From: Raillietiella orientalis
Lineage: Eukaryota
Assembly: GCA_036172245.1 (NCBI GenBank)
Contig: JAYWIR010000109.1
Span: forward strand, 62,001-126,000
Length of the DNA stretch: 64,000 nucleotides
Direction: 5' to 3'
Both the position numbers and the translations under genes were made by a program. Shown one piece after another: positions 12,192 to 23,478 of this stretch. The stretch's first letter is position 1, and each line of letters starts with the position of its first letter. The notes beneath the pieces are model-generated. The model had not been told where the DNA came from. It worked only from the letters and a program-made list of their open reading frames with translations, and searched no databases.

Positions 12192-15100
12192 ATGGCGGGA
12201 GAGGAGACGAGGAAGGCCGCCGCCAACGGGGACGTCAAGCCGGACTCCGAGTACGACACCCTGCAGTTCGTGGACGGCGACGATGACGAGGACGACGAGT
12301 GCGCCGACCAGTGCGACGACGCTAACCACGTGGCCGTGGAGAAGAAGCTTGCCGGGGTGCGCGGCCACTTGCCCTACATCCACGTGTACCGGTCCCCGCT
12401 ACCTTTCAAGAGCTTGAACAGGGACGTCTTCGTGCCTGGCCGCGGGCTGGCCGTGAAGGTTGTCAACGTGGAGACCAGCCTGGCCGGCAACCTGCTCAAC
12501 CCCTACCTGTGAGTGCCCGCCCGCCGTCCCGCACCCGGCACCCAGCCCCCCCTCTCCTTCCTCCCCGGCAGGTACGTCATCCAGCTGCAGCACGGGGACT
12601 TCGTATGGACCATCAAGCGTCGCTACAAACACTTCCACCACCTGCATCAGCAGCTCCAGCTCTTCAGGTGGGGGCGCGGGCCGCGGCGGGGAGAGGAGGG
12701 GGAGGAGGGAAATCCCCCGAGGCGAGGAAGGCCACGCACGCTCCCCATGGACTTTCAGGGCGGCTCTGAACATCCCCTTCGGCAAGCGGGAGCGCAAGCA
12801 GAGCATTCGGATGGAGCTCCAGAGCCAGCAGACCGCTGCGGGATCACGCGGGTCCAGAGGGTACCCGCGCTTCCCTATGAGGCCCGAGTCGCTGGTCACG
12901 TACGACCAGATCGACAGGCGAGCCGAGCAGCTGGAGGAGTACCTTAGGCAGCTGCTGCGCAGTGCCGTGTACCAGCGCCACCCGGAAACCGTACGGAAGG
13001 AGGTGGGACTGCGGGCGACCGGTGTCTCTCCCACAGCTTCAGTTTCTGGAGATCAGCCAGTACTCGTTCGTGGACCAGCTAGGAGGCAAGGGCAAGGAGG
13101 GCATCGTGAGGAAGCGTATCGGCGAGCAGCGGGGGCCGTCCTGCCGCTGCCTGCCCAGGTGAGCCGCGCAACGGAGCCGGCAAGGAGGAAGGGCGCCCGC
13201 TCGTTCGTCTCTTCAGCGCCCTCGGTCGCGGCTGCTGCGTCTACTGCTGCAGCGTGTTCGCCCGGTGGCGACGCCGCTGGCTCGTCGTCAAGGACACCTT
13301 CGTGGCCTATGTCCGGCCCGCGGACGGGCGCCTCAAGTGCGTCCTGCTGATGGACGAAGGCTTCGAGGCCTGCTGCGGCCTCTACGCCACGGGCAGTGCG
13401 TCTGGCCTCATCGTGGCCAACCTCGCGCGGCCCCTCGTGCTCAAGACGTGGACCAGGCGCAAGGCGAAGGAATGGTTCGAATTCATCGACGAGATGGCTC
13501 GCACGCACGGTAGGTGGCACCGGGCTGCTGCTGCGTGCCTCCTGCTCTCTTCTTCTCCTTTCTCCTCTTTCATTCCCTTTTCCCTCCACCTCCTTCCTTC
13601 CTCCTCGTCTTCCTTCCGTTTACGTCCTCCTCCACACCCTTCCTGCTTTCCTCCTTCCTTACACATCCTTCGTCCTCCTTCTCTTCCTCTATCCTTCTGC
13701 TCCTGTCTTCTTCGTCGTCCTCCTCCTCCTCCTTTCGTTCTCCCTTCCCCTTCCTTCTTTCTTCCTCCTTCTCCTCTTCTTCCCTCCCTTCCTCCTCCTC
13801 TTCCTCTTCCACCCACTTCCTCCCTTCCTCCTCCTCTCTTTTACGTCTTCTACCTCTTTCCTGATTTCTTCCATCCTTCCTCCCCCCCCCCTTCCTCTCC
13901 TCCTCCTTGCCATCTTCCTCCACCTTCTTTGCCTCTCCTTCTTCCTTCTCTTCCTCCTCCTCTCTTTTACATCTTCTTGCACCCCCGTCCTGCTTTTCTC
14001 TCTCCTCACTCATCCTTCATCCTTCTTCTCCTCCTCTCCTTTATGCCTTCCTCCACCCCCTTTCTGCCTTCCTCCTTTCTTACACATCCTTCGTCCTCCT
14101 TCTCTTCCTCTATTCTTCTTCCCCCTTTTCTTTTCCTCCTCTTCTTCCTCTCCCTCTATTACGTCTGTTTCCGCTCCCTTCCTGTTTTTCTCCTTCCTTC
14201 GTCCTCCCCACCCCCCTTTCCTTCCGACTCCCTTTGAAGAGCGGTGCAGGCAGGGACTTCATCCAGCCCAGCCGGTTCCGCTCGTTCGCCCCCGTGCGCG
14301 ACGGCACACCGGCCGCGTGGTACGTGGATGGGGAGGAGTACATGGCGGCGGTGGCCGACCTGCTGGAGTCGGCGCGAGAGGAGATTTTCATCGCGGACTG
14401 GTGGTTGAGCCCGGAGATCCACCTGAAGCGTCCAGCCAATCCGGGAGACGACTGGAGGCTGGATCGCATCCTCCAGAGGAAAGCGGTGAGCCGACCTCCC
14501 TCTTCGTCGCTCACCCCTCGGGCGCTCTGCCCCCTCCCCCCTCGCCCTCTCCGTCCGCCCGACGTTGCCTCAGAAGCAGGGCGTGCGCGTGTTCGTACTG
14601 GTGTACAAGGAGGTGTCCCTGGCCCTGGGCATCAACAGCTGGTACAGCAAGCAGCGCCTCACCGAGCTGCACCCGGAGAACATCAAGGTGAGACGTCTGT
14701 CTTCTTCCCTCGCTCCCGTCTTTCCCTCCTCCTCCTCCTCCCATCTGCCCGTCTTCCTCCGTTTCAGGTGCTCCGCCATCCGGACCACGTCAGCACCGGC
14801 GTCCTGCTCTGGGCCCACCATGAAAAGATGGTGATCGTGGACCAGTGCGTGGCCATGGTCGGTGGCCTCGATCTCTGCTACGGCCGCTGGGACGACTCGC
14901 GCCATCGGTGAGAGCGTCGGCGGCGACCTCGCTCCCATCTCCCTTTCCTCCTCCCCCTCCTCTCCCGTCTCGGCCGCCGCTCCTTTCCCATCTTCACGCT
15001 CCCCAGGCTGGCGGACGTCGGCTGCGAGGAGGGGTCGCTGATGGAGCCGCAGCAGCCTATAATCACGTCGAGCCAGCCCACCCCCCGCCACCAGGTGCCC

Positions 15101-17161
15101 AGCTCCCTGTTCAGCCTGGCCCAGGCCTCCTATCGGTGGACGATGCCCCTCGGCACGGGCGCGGAGGCCGGCAGGTAACGCCCTCTCACGCCCGCTCGCA
15201 CGCCCCACGCCCCGCAGGTCCAGCGCGGAGGAGCCCCTGCCCAGCAGCAGCGGGGACCAGGAGAACGACGAAGAGGGCGGCAACAGCAGCAACTGCAGCA
15301 GCAGCCCCGGGGAGCAGCAGCGCAAGGCGGACACCCCGCCGTCCGAGCGCCGGTGAGGGCGAAGCCGCCCCCCTCCCTTCGCGCTTCCTGATCGGGGATC
15401 TTTGCCCAGGTTCAGCGCGGTTCTCAACCGCCTGCACTCGCTGAAGTCTAGGAGGGCCCGTCGCCCTCGCCGCGCCCGCAGGGAGAGCAGCGGCGGCGGC
15501 GGCGGCGGCGGCGACGGCGGCAGCAACACTTCCGGGTCTTCGGACGAAGAGCGAGCGAGGTGAGGGAAGGTCCGTCGACTGATGCGGGAGTCTGGCTGCT
15601 CCCTCTCCCTTCCCTATTCCTCGTCGTCTTCCTCCTCCCCCTTTTCTCTTCGCTCTCCTTCCTTCCTCTGCTCTCCCTCTCCGCTCTCTCGCTCCTGTGC
15701 CTCCCGAAGTCCGCCGAACGACCCCCGAAGGACGCCTCCTGACACCGTCAGCAGCGCTCCTCCGGGCAACGGCCGCCTGTGGATCGGCAAGGACTACTGC
15801 AACTTCATCGTCAAGGATTTCTGCAACTTGGACTGCCCATTCGAAGGTTGGGGAAGGGACGGGACTCGGACGGGCCTACTCCTCCCTCCTTTTTCCGGAC
15901 AGACATGGTGGACCGCAACACGACGCCGCGGATGCCGTGGCACGACGTGGGGATCGCAGTGGGGTCGAAGGCCGCGCGCGACCTCGCCCGCCACTTCATC
16001 CAGCGGTGGAACGCCGCCAAGACGGAGAAGGCGCGGAACCATCCGGGTTACCCGCTGCTGCTCCCGCGGAGCTACGCGGAAGTCGAGCAGCGCCCTCTCC
16101 CCGGCGGCTCCGTGTCGGCAACGCCGTTGCCCACGACGACGTGCCAGATCGTGCGCAGCGTCAGCTCGTGGTCTGCGGGGCAGCAGCGCGTCGAGGACAG
16201 CATCCACCACGCTTACGTGAACGCCATAGAGAGGGCGCTGCACTACGTGTACATCGAGAACCAGTTCTTCGTCAGCCTGGGGCCGGACTGCCTGGACGTG
16301 GGCAATCGCATCGGGGAGGCGCTGTACCACCGCATCGTGCGCGCCTTCCGGGAAGGGGGCCGCTTCCGTGTGTACGTCGTGATGCCCCTACTGCCAGCCT
16401 TCGAGGGCCAGCTGGGCACGGACGGCGGCACGGCCCTGCAGGCGATCACGCACTGGAACTACAGCTCCATCTGCCGGGGCCCGGACTCGCTGCTGCACCG
16501 CCTGAAGGCTTACGGCGTGCCCGACCCCATGCAGTACCTGAGTTTCTGCGGGCTGAGGGCCCACGGCCGCCTGCGCGGGGCGCTGGTCACGGAGCTCGTG
16601 TACGTCCACTCGAAACTGCTCATCGCGGACGACAGGCTAGTGATCTGTGGCTCGGCCAACATCAACGACCGCAGCCTGCTGGGGTCCCGCGACTCGGAGG
16701 TCGCCGCCGTGCTGGAGGACACGGACGTGCGCTCGTCGCTCATGGACGGGAGGCCCTACAAGGCCGGGCTCTTCGCGGGTTCCCTGCGCCGCCGCCTCTT
16801 CCGGGAGCACCTGGGCCTGCTGCAGCCGAAGCAAGACGGGAGCGGCGGAGTGGACGTCACCGACCCGGTGTGCGACTCCTTCTACAAGGACGTTTGGGTG
16901 GCGACCGCAGCGCGCAACGCCACCCTGTACGAGAGGGCCTTCCGCTGCCTCCCCTCCGACGGCGTCCACACCTTCCAGGAGCTGCGCGAGTACCAGCGCG
17001 AGCTGCCGCTGGCCGCCACCGACCCGCTGGCAGCAGCCAACCTCCTCAAGCGCATCCAGGGGCATCTCGTGCTCCTGCCCTTGCAGTTCCTGTGCAGGGA
17101 AACGCTCACCCCGGGCTCCGGCACGAAGGAGTACCTGCTGCCATCTTCCGTGTGGACCTGA
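12192..17161 (+). CDS. Pld: Phospholipase D, PLD1-like (PX, PH, two HKD catalytic motifs, loop insert), 13 coding exons, about 1132 aa
   Basis: Exons joined by hand through GT-AG introns with consistent phase: 12192-12508, 12572-12667, 12759-12990, 13037-13158, 13217-13509, 14250-14485, 14574-14687, 14768-14907, 15007-15174, 15218-15352, 15410-15559, 15710-15846, 15903-17161 (sum 3399 nt). Motifs: [58 protein letters not shown]1 [33 protein letters not shown]-like [11 protein letters not shown]2 [21 protein letters not shown]-terminus PSSVWT. The start codon, the loop exons 9-11 and the acceptor at 15709 (an in-frame alternative lies about 40 nt downstream) are less certain. Confidence 0.96.
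13540..14235 (+). repeat. Polypyrimidine degenerate tandem repeat filling PLD intron 5
   Basis: Almost purine-free tract with about five related units starting TTTA(C/T)(G/A) near 13619, 13840, 13966, 14040 and 14159; an exact 35-bp match between 13658-13692 and 14079-14113. Confidence 0.85.
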
Positions 17162-17252
17162 GTGCGAAACCGTCACGTGTGATTTTCTTTTTTTTTTTCT
17201 TTTTATTTTATTTTATTTTATTTGCTCCGCGCGGAAAGGAAAGGAAAAACAA

Positions 17253-17262
17253 AATAAATAAA
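17253..17262 (+). terminator. Overlapping AATAAA polyadenylation signals of PLD
   Basis: AATAAATAAA about 90 nt after the stop codon, followed by a GT-rich downstream element (tgttgcggtgtttgtttg). Confidence 0.7.
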
Positions 17263-17430
17263 TACCACATCCACACTGTTGCGGTGTTTGTTTGTTTCCG
17301 CGGTGGGCGGCGGAAGCGTGTCCAACACCGAGGTGTACGTGTGTGTACATCCACTGCACAGTTTCCTTTCGTCTCTACCCGTCTGGCCGCTTGCCTAAGA
17401 AACGAATGTTTTGTTTTGCTCCTCCTTTGT

Positions 17431-17467
17431 GCGTGACGTCATCCGAACTAGCGTGGAAGATGGCTGC
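17431..17467 (+). promoter_or_regulatory. Candidate jing promoter: palindromic CRE (TGACGTCA) and YY1/Pho-like AAGATGGC motif
   Basis: TGACGTCA at 17434-17441 and AAGATGGCTGC at 17457-17467, between the PLD poly(A) signal and the candidate first jing exon. Function is inferred from motif identity and position only. Confidence 0.45.
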
Positions 17468-17657
17468 TGCGGCGTGGAGATGCTAGCTGCTCGCTCTCGG
17501 TGTGGGGATGGTGCGGTGCAGGGAGTGCTTCTAAAACTTTCTAAAACAGCCTGAAATGGAGCAGATTGTGAAAAATGGTTGGTTTTCGGTGCTTCGCCGC
17601 GCGGTGCGTTGCCGTTACGCTCCTTAGAAACATGAGGTTGGGTGTCTGAACCCTATC

Positions 17658-17830
17658 ATGGAGTGTAGGGAGCTGCAGTTCCAAAATGAATTGGATTCCT
17701 TATTCAGAGGAAGTACTGTGATCGACTTCATCAGGAGCAAGAACCACCACCACCACCACCACCACCACCACCGCCACCACCACAGCAACGCCGTGTCGGA
17801 TAGGTGTGACAGTTCAGAGAGTTCAGATAG
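17658..17830 (+). CDS. Probable first coding exon of jing/AEBP2, with poly-His tract
   Basis: ATG in atcATGg context; reads MECRELQFQNELDSLFRGSTVIDFIRSKNH9RH3SNAVSDRCDSSESSD; ends at a consensus donor AG|GTAAGT (17831) in phase 2, matching the phase-2 acceptor at 20673. An alternative phase-2 start exon is 19779-19873 (MAAVGEADGG...). Intervening exons cannot be excluded. Confidence 0.55.
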
Positions 17831-18083
17831 GTAAGTTCATTAACTCTCCGTCATTGTTTTTTTGTTTTTTTTTTTTTTTTGCCTTCTGTCTGCCTTTTTT
17901 TTCTTTTTCTTTTTTTTCGACTTTTTTCCTTCTTTTTCGACTCTTTCCTTTCCTTTTTTTTTTTTTTTTGTGCGTGCGCGCGCGCCCGAGCGCGTGTGTA
18001 CGTGTACGTACGTGTATGTGTACGTGTGTGGGTAGATGTTTATTTTTTTTTTTAAAAAAAAAAAAAAAAATAACACACACACT

Positions 18084-18087
<4 letters not shown>

Positions 18088-18118
<31 letters not shown>
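18088..18118. repeat. (CA)n microsatellite
   Basis: Read directly from the sequence. Confidence 0.9.
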
Positions 18119-18120
<2 letters not shown>

Positions 18121-19146
18121 TGATTTAATTTAAGTTCTCTCGGAGCGCATTCGTCAATCCGTGTTTGGAAATGCAAAACACGAATTTTATTTCCGCGCTC
18201 GTCACTTCGACCGCAGTGTGGCAGCGCGCTGCTTTTTTCCTCGCAAAAAGTTTTTTTTTTTTTCTTCTCGTCCGCCCGGTGGAAGCAGAAATTTCTCCAG
18301 CTTAAGTAGCAGCTACAGATGTAGCACGGAGCTCATTCTGAGGGGGGGGGAGGAGACGGGGGGAGGAGGAGGAGGAGGATGCTTTTGTTTTCGTGATCTC
18401 CTTGTCTCCCTTCCGTTGATAAGCAAAAAGTAGGAGGGCCGCGGTTCCTCGGTGTACAACGCGGCAGCGGCGGTACACCGTCGGAGGCGGCGGCGGTGGC
18501 GGCGGCGGCGACCCGGCAATCCGCTTTTGCTGGATACCGCTGTAGGCTACCTTCGCGCGTAGGGTTAGCTGTGTCTCCCATTGATGCTGGATGTTCACAT
18601 TCCATCCGAGATTGTTTCTGGCAAGTATTGATTGATCTTTCGTGTTTCATTTGGTAAGCATCTCGGACGTAAAATGGGGGGGGCGGGGAAGGAAGGCACA
18701 TTCGATTTAATCCACGGCGGATGCGGCAAGGGATTGCTGTGCGGAAATCCGTGGTGGCGTTGTTCGCGTCGCCATGGCCGGCGGTGTGCGCGTGACACGT
18801 GGGTGATTGATATGCAAATTTCGGAAAAAAAAAAAAAAAGGAAAAAGAAAGAGAAGGAAAGAAAACTCGGATTTTCTGCCTGTGATCCCTCCACCTTCGA
18901 ATGTGCGTTCTGGAGCACGTGAGGAACGGCGGCCCCGGCCGGTGGTGGCGGCGGCGGCGGCGGCGGGTGGGTGGATGGTCCTCGCCGCCGTGGGGTTAGC
19001 AATTCCCGAAGCTAATGAAAATCTTTCCCGGGAGGAGCTTCGGGATTCGATTTGTGGACGGTGGCGTGTCGCGCCGTTGGAGAAGCTTCGGGCCTACTGG
19101 AAAGCGCTTCTCCGCGACTCCCTCCGACACACTTTTGCGCGCGCGT

Positions 19147-19190
19147 GCCGCCGCCGCCGCCGCCGCCGCCGCCGCTGCTGCTGCTGCTGC
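19147..19190. repeat. Compound (GCC)n(GCT)n microsatellite
   Basis: Read directly from the sequence. Confidence 0.9.
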
Positions 19191-20190
19191 TTGCCGTACC
19201 TCTCTTACTTTCCTTTTCAGGACGCTCGTGCAAGATGGATGGATGGATGGATGGAAGGCGCGTAGGGGTGGACGCAGCTTTGTCGGTGGACGAAAACGTA
19301 GAGGGCGCATCCCGGCGCTTGGGTAGTCGTGGGGGAGGAAACCGTTCCGCCGCCGCCGCCGCTTTTGTCCGTCCCGCGTGCTGCCGACACGCAGTGCGTC
19401 GTCGACTTCGAGGGAAACCTCAGTCGTCTTGCGCGGGCTTCCCCGTGCAGAAGCGTGCACGATGCGAGCGCGTGTGCTGCTTCCCGGCGTGATCGCCTAG
19501 GAGACGACCCGGCAGATGATTCTTGAGACTGCGGAACAGATGTCGCGGGAAAGGCAAAAAAAAAAAAAGAAAAAAAAATGCCTGCGAAGGAACGTTGAGT
19601 GCAAAGAAAGTACGTCTTCCCAGTGGCAGCGTTTGTGGACGCGGCTTAAGCACCCCCCCCCCCTCCCCCCTATTGTGCATTTCAGTTCGCTCAGAGACTG
19701 TTTGTAGGTTGGTGAACCGAACGCCGGTCATGAGGTTGCGATGAGCGTGCGGGGATGCTGTTGCTTTGCTTCCTCGAAATGGCAGCAGTCGGAGAAGCAG
19801 ATGGTGGGGTATTCGTGGGAAGGGGATCCAATTCCGGATTGCTCTGTGAAGAACGCATTTACGGAACCAATAGGTAAAACGACTCTCATCAGCTGATTGG
19901 GAGTGCCCGTGGTAACGAGCAGTGGGAGTTCAAAGATGGACGTGTTTGTGTGCCGAGGCATCCTCATATTTTCGCGTCGTTCCGCTTTAGCATCTCCGTA
20001 CCAAAGCTCGGTTTCGCAGCAGAAGAGCTGTAAAAAAAAGAAAAAGAAAGAAATCCCTTGCGTTTTTATTGTTTTACAGCCCTTTTTCCTTTTTTTTTTT
20101 TTTTTTTGAAGTAACAGTGAAATCTCCCGGCCGATGTCAGGTCGAATGGAGTGAAACGGCATCCCAGAATTCGCACTGATAAGTGAACCG

Positions 20191-20237
20191 GGTGGTGGTG
20201 GTGGTGGTGGTGGTTGTCGTCGTCGTCGTCGTCGTCG
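20191..20237. repeat. Compound (GGT)n(CGT)n microsatellite
   Basis: Read directly from the sequence. Confidence 0.9.
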
Positions 20238-20673
20238 TGACGGTTGCTGGTTTTCTAGCTCTCTTTCGGGCGTGTCTTTCGCCGGGTCCAGTCATTGCAT
20301 TCTTCGGAGCACACGCGCTTCTTCTCCGTTCGGATGTGTGGATCCATCGTGTGTGGAGCTGAAACTCGCGTGTTCATCGAGAGCACCACCATCAGCGTTA
20401 TCTCATTTTCGTTTGTGTTCTGTTTTCCCTGTTTGAGAGTTACCTGTATTGAAAAAAAGAGACAGAAACGTGCTACTGAAGCACGAATTCACAGCTCTCT
20501 GCCCCGGAATTCCTATTTAATTAATTCATTTATTTTTTACATTTGAAAAAAAAAAAAAAAAAAAAAAAGTCCCCTCCTGCCCCTCTTGTTGCTCTAACGT
20601 TGCAGAGTTGGCATGCACGTTTTTCAAAGCTTTTTCCCATTGATCGTTTGCTGACGTGTTTTCTTTATTATAG

Positions 20674-22378
20674 TGGTATAACAACCTTAAGTGCGGGCAG
20701 CGATGCTCTTGATCTCTGTTCGCCGTATTCGAGTCCGAGAACTGTGCAAAGTCCAGAAACAGAGTCTTCAAGTGGCTATGAATCGAGTGCTCCGAACGAG
20801 AGCTCCAGCACCAACAGCAGCAGCAGTGGCAGCATTCCTGAAAGCTGGCCGTGTGGTGGCACAGCTGGTTATCTCTATCATCTCCAGAAAGTTCAAGGAA
20901 ATAATACGTTGGAGGATAACGACTGTGATGCCTTTTTCCCGCAATTCTCCTTCGACCCATTCGAGCCCGATTACAAAAATGCTAGTGCTACTTCATTTGT
21001 TCCCCTGTATCCCAAAGATTTTTCGCATTGCAAGGATCCATGCTGTTTACCATCACTGCCAATGTATTGTGTTCAGCCCGGTCGGGCCGATGACCTCAGG
21101 TGCAGCCCACATGCAGCGGAACCAGGTCTCTGTTTCCGATGCGGGGCTCGCTACGAATGTGCTTGCGGATCGATACCGAACCTTCCATCCTTCCTTCCTC
21201 CCCGTAAGAGCCAGTGTAAGCCCGAAAAGAATGGAAGTTCCCAGCACAAGGTTCAGGAGAAAATCACGAAATATTTCAAGATAGAGAAGAAGGAAGGCGG
21301 CGGCTGCCTTCTTCCGCACTCAGGGAATTGCGTGCCGCGTTTGAGCCCGGCTCCGGGCGGCGGACAGCAGCTAGCAGTAACTTTGATAGAACGAAAGCGC
21401 AGACGTAGTGGCATTGTTCTGGATGGGGAACCAGATGTGCCACCCTGCAGCGACCTCCACGCTGCTGAGGTCCCGTCGGCCATCTCTTCTTCCATTTCTG
21501 TTACCGTGCCTCCTCTTCCCTGTGCAGTGGATTCTAAAGTGGTTGTGCAGTGCCAGTGGCAGGGTTGCGGAACGACGACAGCCGACGGCACGATCCTCGA
21601 GCACCTGCACTCCAAGCACGTCCAGCCACAAGTGGTCAGCGATTCATTCCGCTGCCTGTGGCAAGGCTGCAAAGTATACGGCAAGGCCTCCTGCTCCCTG
21701 AGTTGGCTGTCACGTCACGTGATCGTGCACGGAGGACCGAAGCCGTTCCCTTGCATCGTTGCAGGTTGCCTGCAACGGTTCCCTTCGCACAGCGCCCTCG
21801 AGCGCCACGTCAACACGCATTTCAGTCAGGCGGCGGCGCCAGCCGCCAAACGCACTCCTGATGTTCCCATTGTCAAAATTCCCAAAAGGAATGGCAAAGT
21901 CAAAGCCCGGATCCGCCGCAACCCATGCACTGGTCAGTGTCTGAGTGTTGCAAGCCGGGCAGCGCACCGCGTTTGGATTCCAGCCCGCTGCCAAGATTTC
22001 TTTGACACTGCCATAATGGAGCGAATGCGGCATCAACTGGTGGAATCCGTCAGGCACGCGTCTGGCGGCGATCTCAGCCTACCTGACACCGTGGTGACAG
22101 TGCACAGCTCGGTGAGACGTCGCCCTGTGGCAGTGAAGCTAAAAAAAAAAGAGACGTGTTTCCCGTAGGTGGTTTGTAGAAGGAAGGAGCCTAGTGGAAA
22201 AATCATGATATTGCTTCGCTGGCACCCGCCAGACTTGCTTCCAGACGAGTGGGTTCCCGAGACCGCTGATGTGCCCCAGAAGAGGGATATCTTTCGGCCT
22301 GTCGTACCTACTCCCATACTGAGTGATCTCAACGGCCAGCGTTCCGCCTCCTGCCGGAAGCGCAAGCAGTCGCTATAA
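20674..22378 (+). CDS. jing: Zinc finger protein jing/AEBP2 (PRC2 accessory subunit), main coding exons
   Basis: Exons 20674-21932, 21984-22111, 22169-22378 with GT-AG introns in phase. Three C2H2 fingers (CQWQGC...[55 protein letters not shown]), a basic region, DFFD, and the AEBP2-type C-terminus [32 protein letters not shown]. The 5' boundary of the first of these exons is uncertain. Confidence 0.92.
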
Positions 22379-23439
22379 TGCATCTCATCCATGTTGTATT
22401 AACATTTGGAGAGGCACTGCCAGCCAGGACTGTTCGTTCCTGTGCCATGATAGTAGCAGCAGCAACAACAGCTAGTCAGCAACCAAGTGCCTTGGAGCCA
22501 CAACTGCCATCGCGTCGCTGCCTGCTCCTATTTATTGTGAAAGAATAGTGTATAATACAATTTTCGTATGTTTCGTAATGTTTTCTGCCCCGGAAATATT
22601 TATAGAATTCCTAGATACGCGGAGTACGTGTTGACTTTTCGGTGGGTAGAACGGCCTCGTACAGAAATAAAGGCAACCCAAACACGCGGTTCGTGACGTT
22701 CGGACGAAGTGTCACGAAAGCACCGAATTATGCTAATTGCACCTACATAAAAATTGAAGACGAATGTGTGTGTGCGTTTTTTTTTTTTTTTTTTTTTCCT
22801 CTTGCCCTCCTCGCGTTCGCCACTTTTTAGGGCGCACTGTCTGCGCAGAGGCATGCAAAAGTCCCTATAAGCCGAGTGCGTTCGAATCGACGTTGATTTT
22901 TTCGTCTTCCCGGTGTTCCATTCCCGATGGGCGCGCAACCTTCCCCCCCCCCCCCCCCCCCCTCCTTCCGAAGTGTTCTGTCGTGCGAGGACGGTCGTCG
23001 GTACGCTCCCGAATTTTCGCAGTCTTCGCCTTCGGATTATGCGGCGGCCGCCTTTTCCGTTCCCCTCGTATAAAGAGAGGCCCCTGTAGAGGCTACGGCA
23101 GCGTTCAGAGGCTGAAACGAGATTCGAAGGGACGAGAAATCCAATCCCGGGGCCGGACGGCCCCGCTCGATCTGTTTCTTGCTTGATCATTGTTGCGAAA
23201 CAAAGTTCAAACAAAGTCTTTGTGTTCGCCAGGAGATAACGAGAGTTTTCCTCTTTTTTTTTTTTTCCTTTCTTCTAAGCCGTTTGTGCAGGTGGAGCGA
23301 GAGGAGCCGATTGTTGCTGAGGCTAATTGTAATTTTGGAGGAATGTTTAATCGATGATTTTAGATCTCGTGTAGGCTTGACGCTCAGTTGTGCTCTCGTA
23401 CGCCCGTCTCGAGGAAACGCGTGGCTGCGGAGCGTGGGT

Positions 23440-23443
<4 letters not shown>

Positions 23444-23475
<32 letters not shown>
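23444..23475. repeat. (TG)n microsatellite
   Basis: Read directly from the sequence. Confidence 0.9.

Positions 23476-23478
<3 letters not shown>

Noticed and set aside
13396..14691. Leu/Phe/Pro-rich ORFs and their Glu/Lys/Arg-rich antisense ORFs
   Set aside because: Translation of the polypyrimidine intron 5, which lacks stop codons because of its composition.
15697..17436. 579-aa ORF overlapping PLD
   Set aside because: Alternative frame of GC3-rich PLD exons; no independent protein features.
18300..19500. Possible extra jing exons with Gly/Ala/Arg runs
   Set aside because: I could not find a phase-consistent, stop-free exon chain; these may be intronic microsatellites.
20543..20673. Lys-run N-terminus of the 541-aa jing ORF
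   Set aside because: It derives from a non-ATG start and a poly(A) run that is probably intronic; a branch-point-like CTGAC and a TAG acceptor precede 20674.
12192..22378. Non-canonical splice sites or recoding
   Set aside because: All reconstructed introns are GT-AG and the frames close without readthrough or frameshift.
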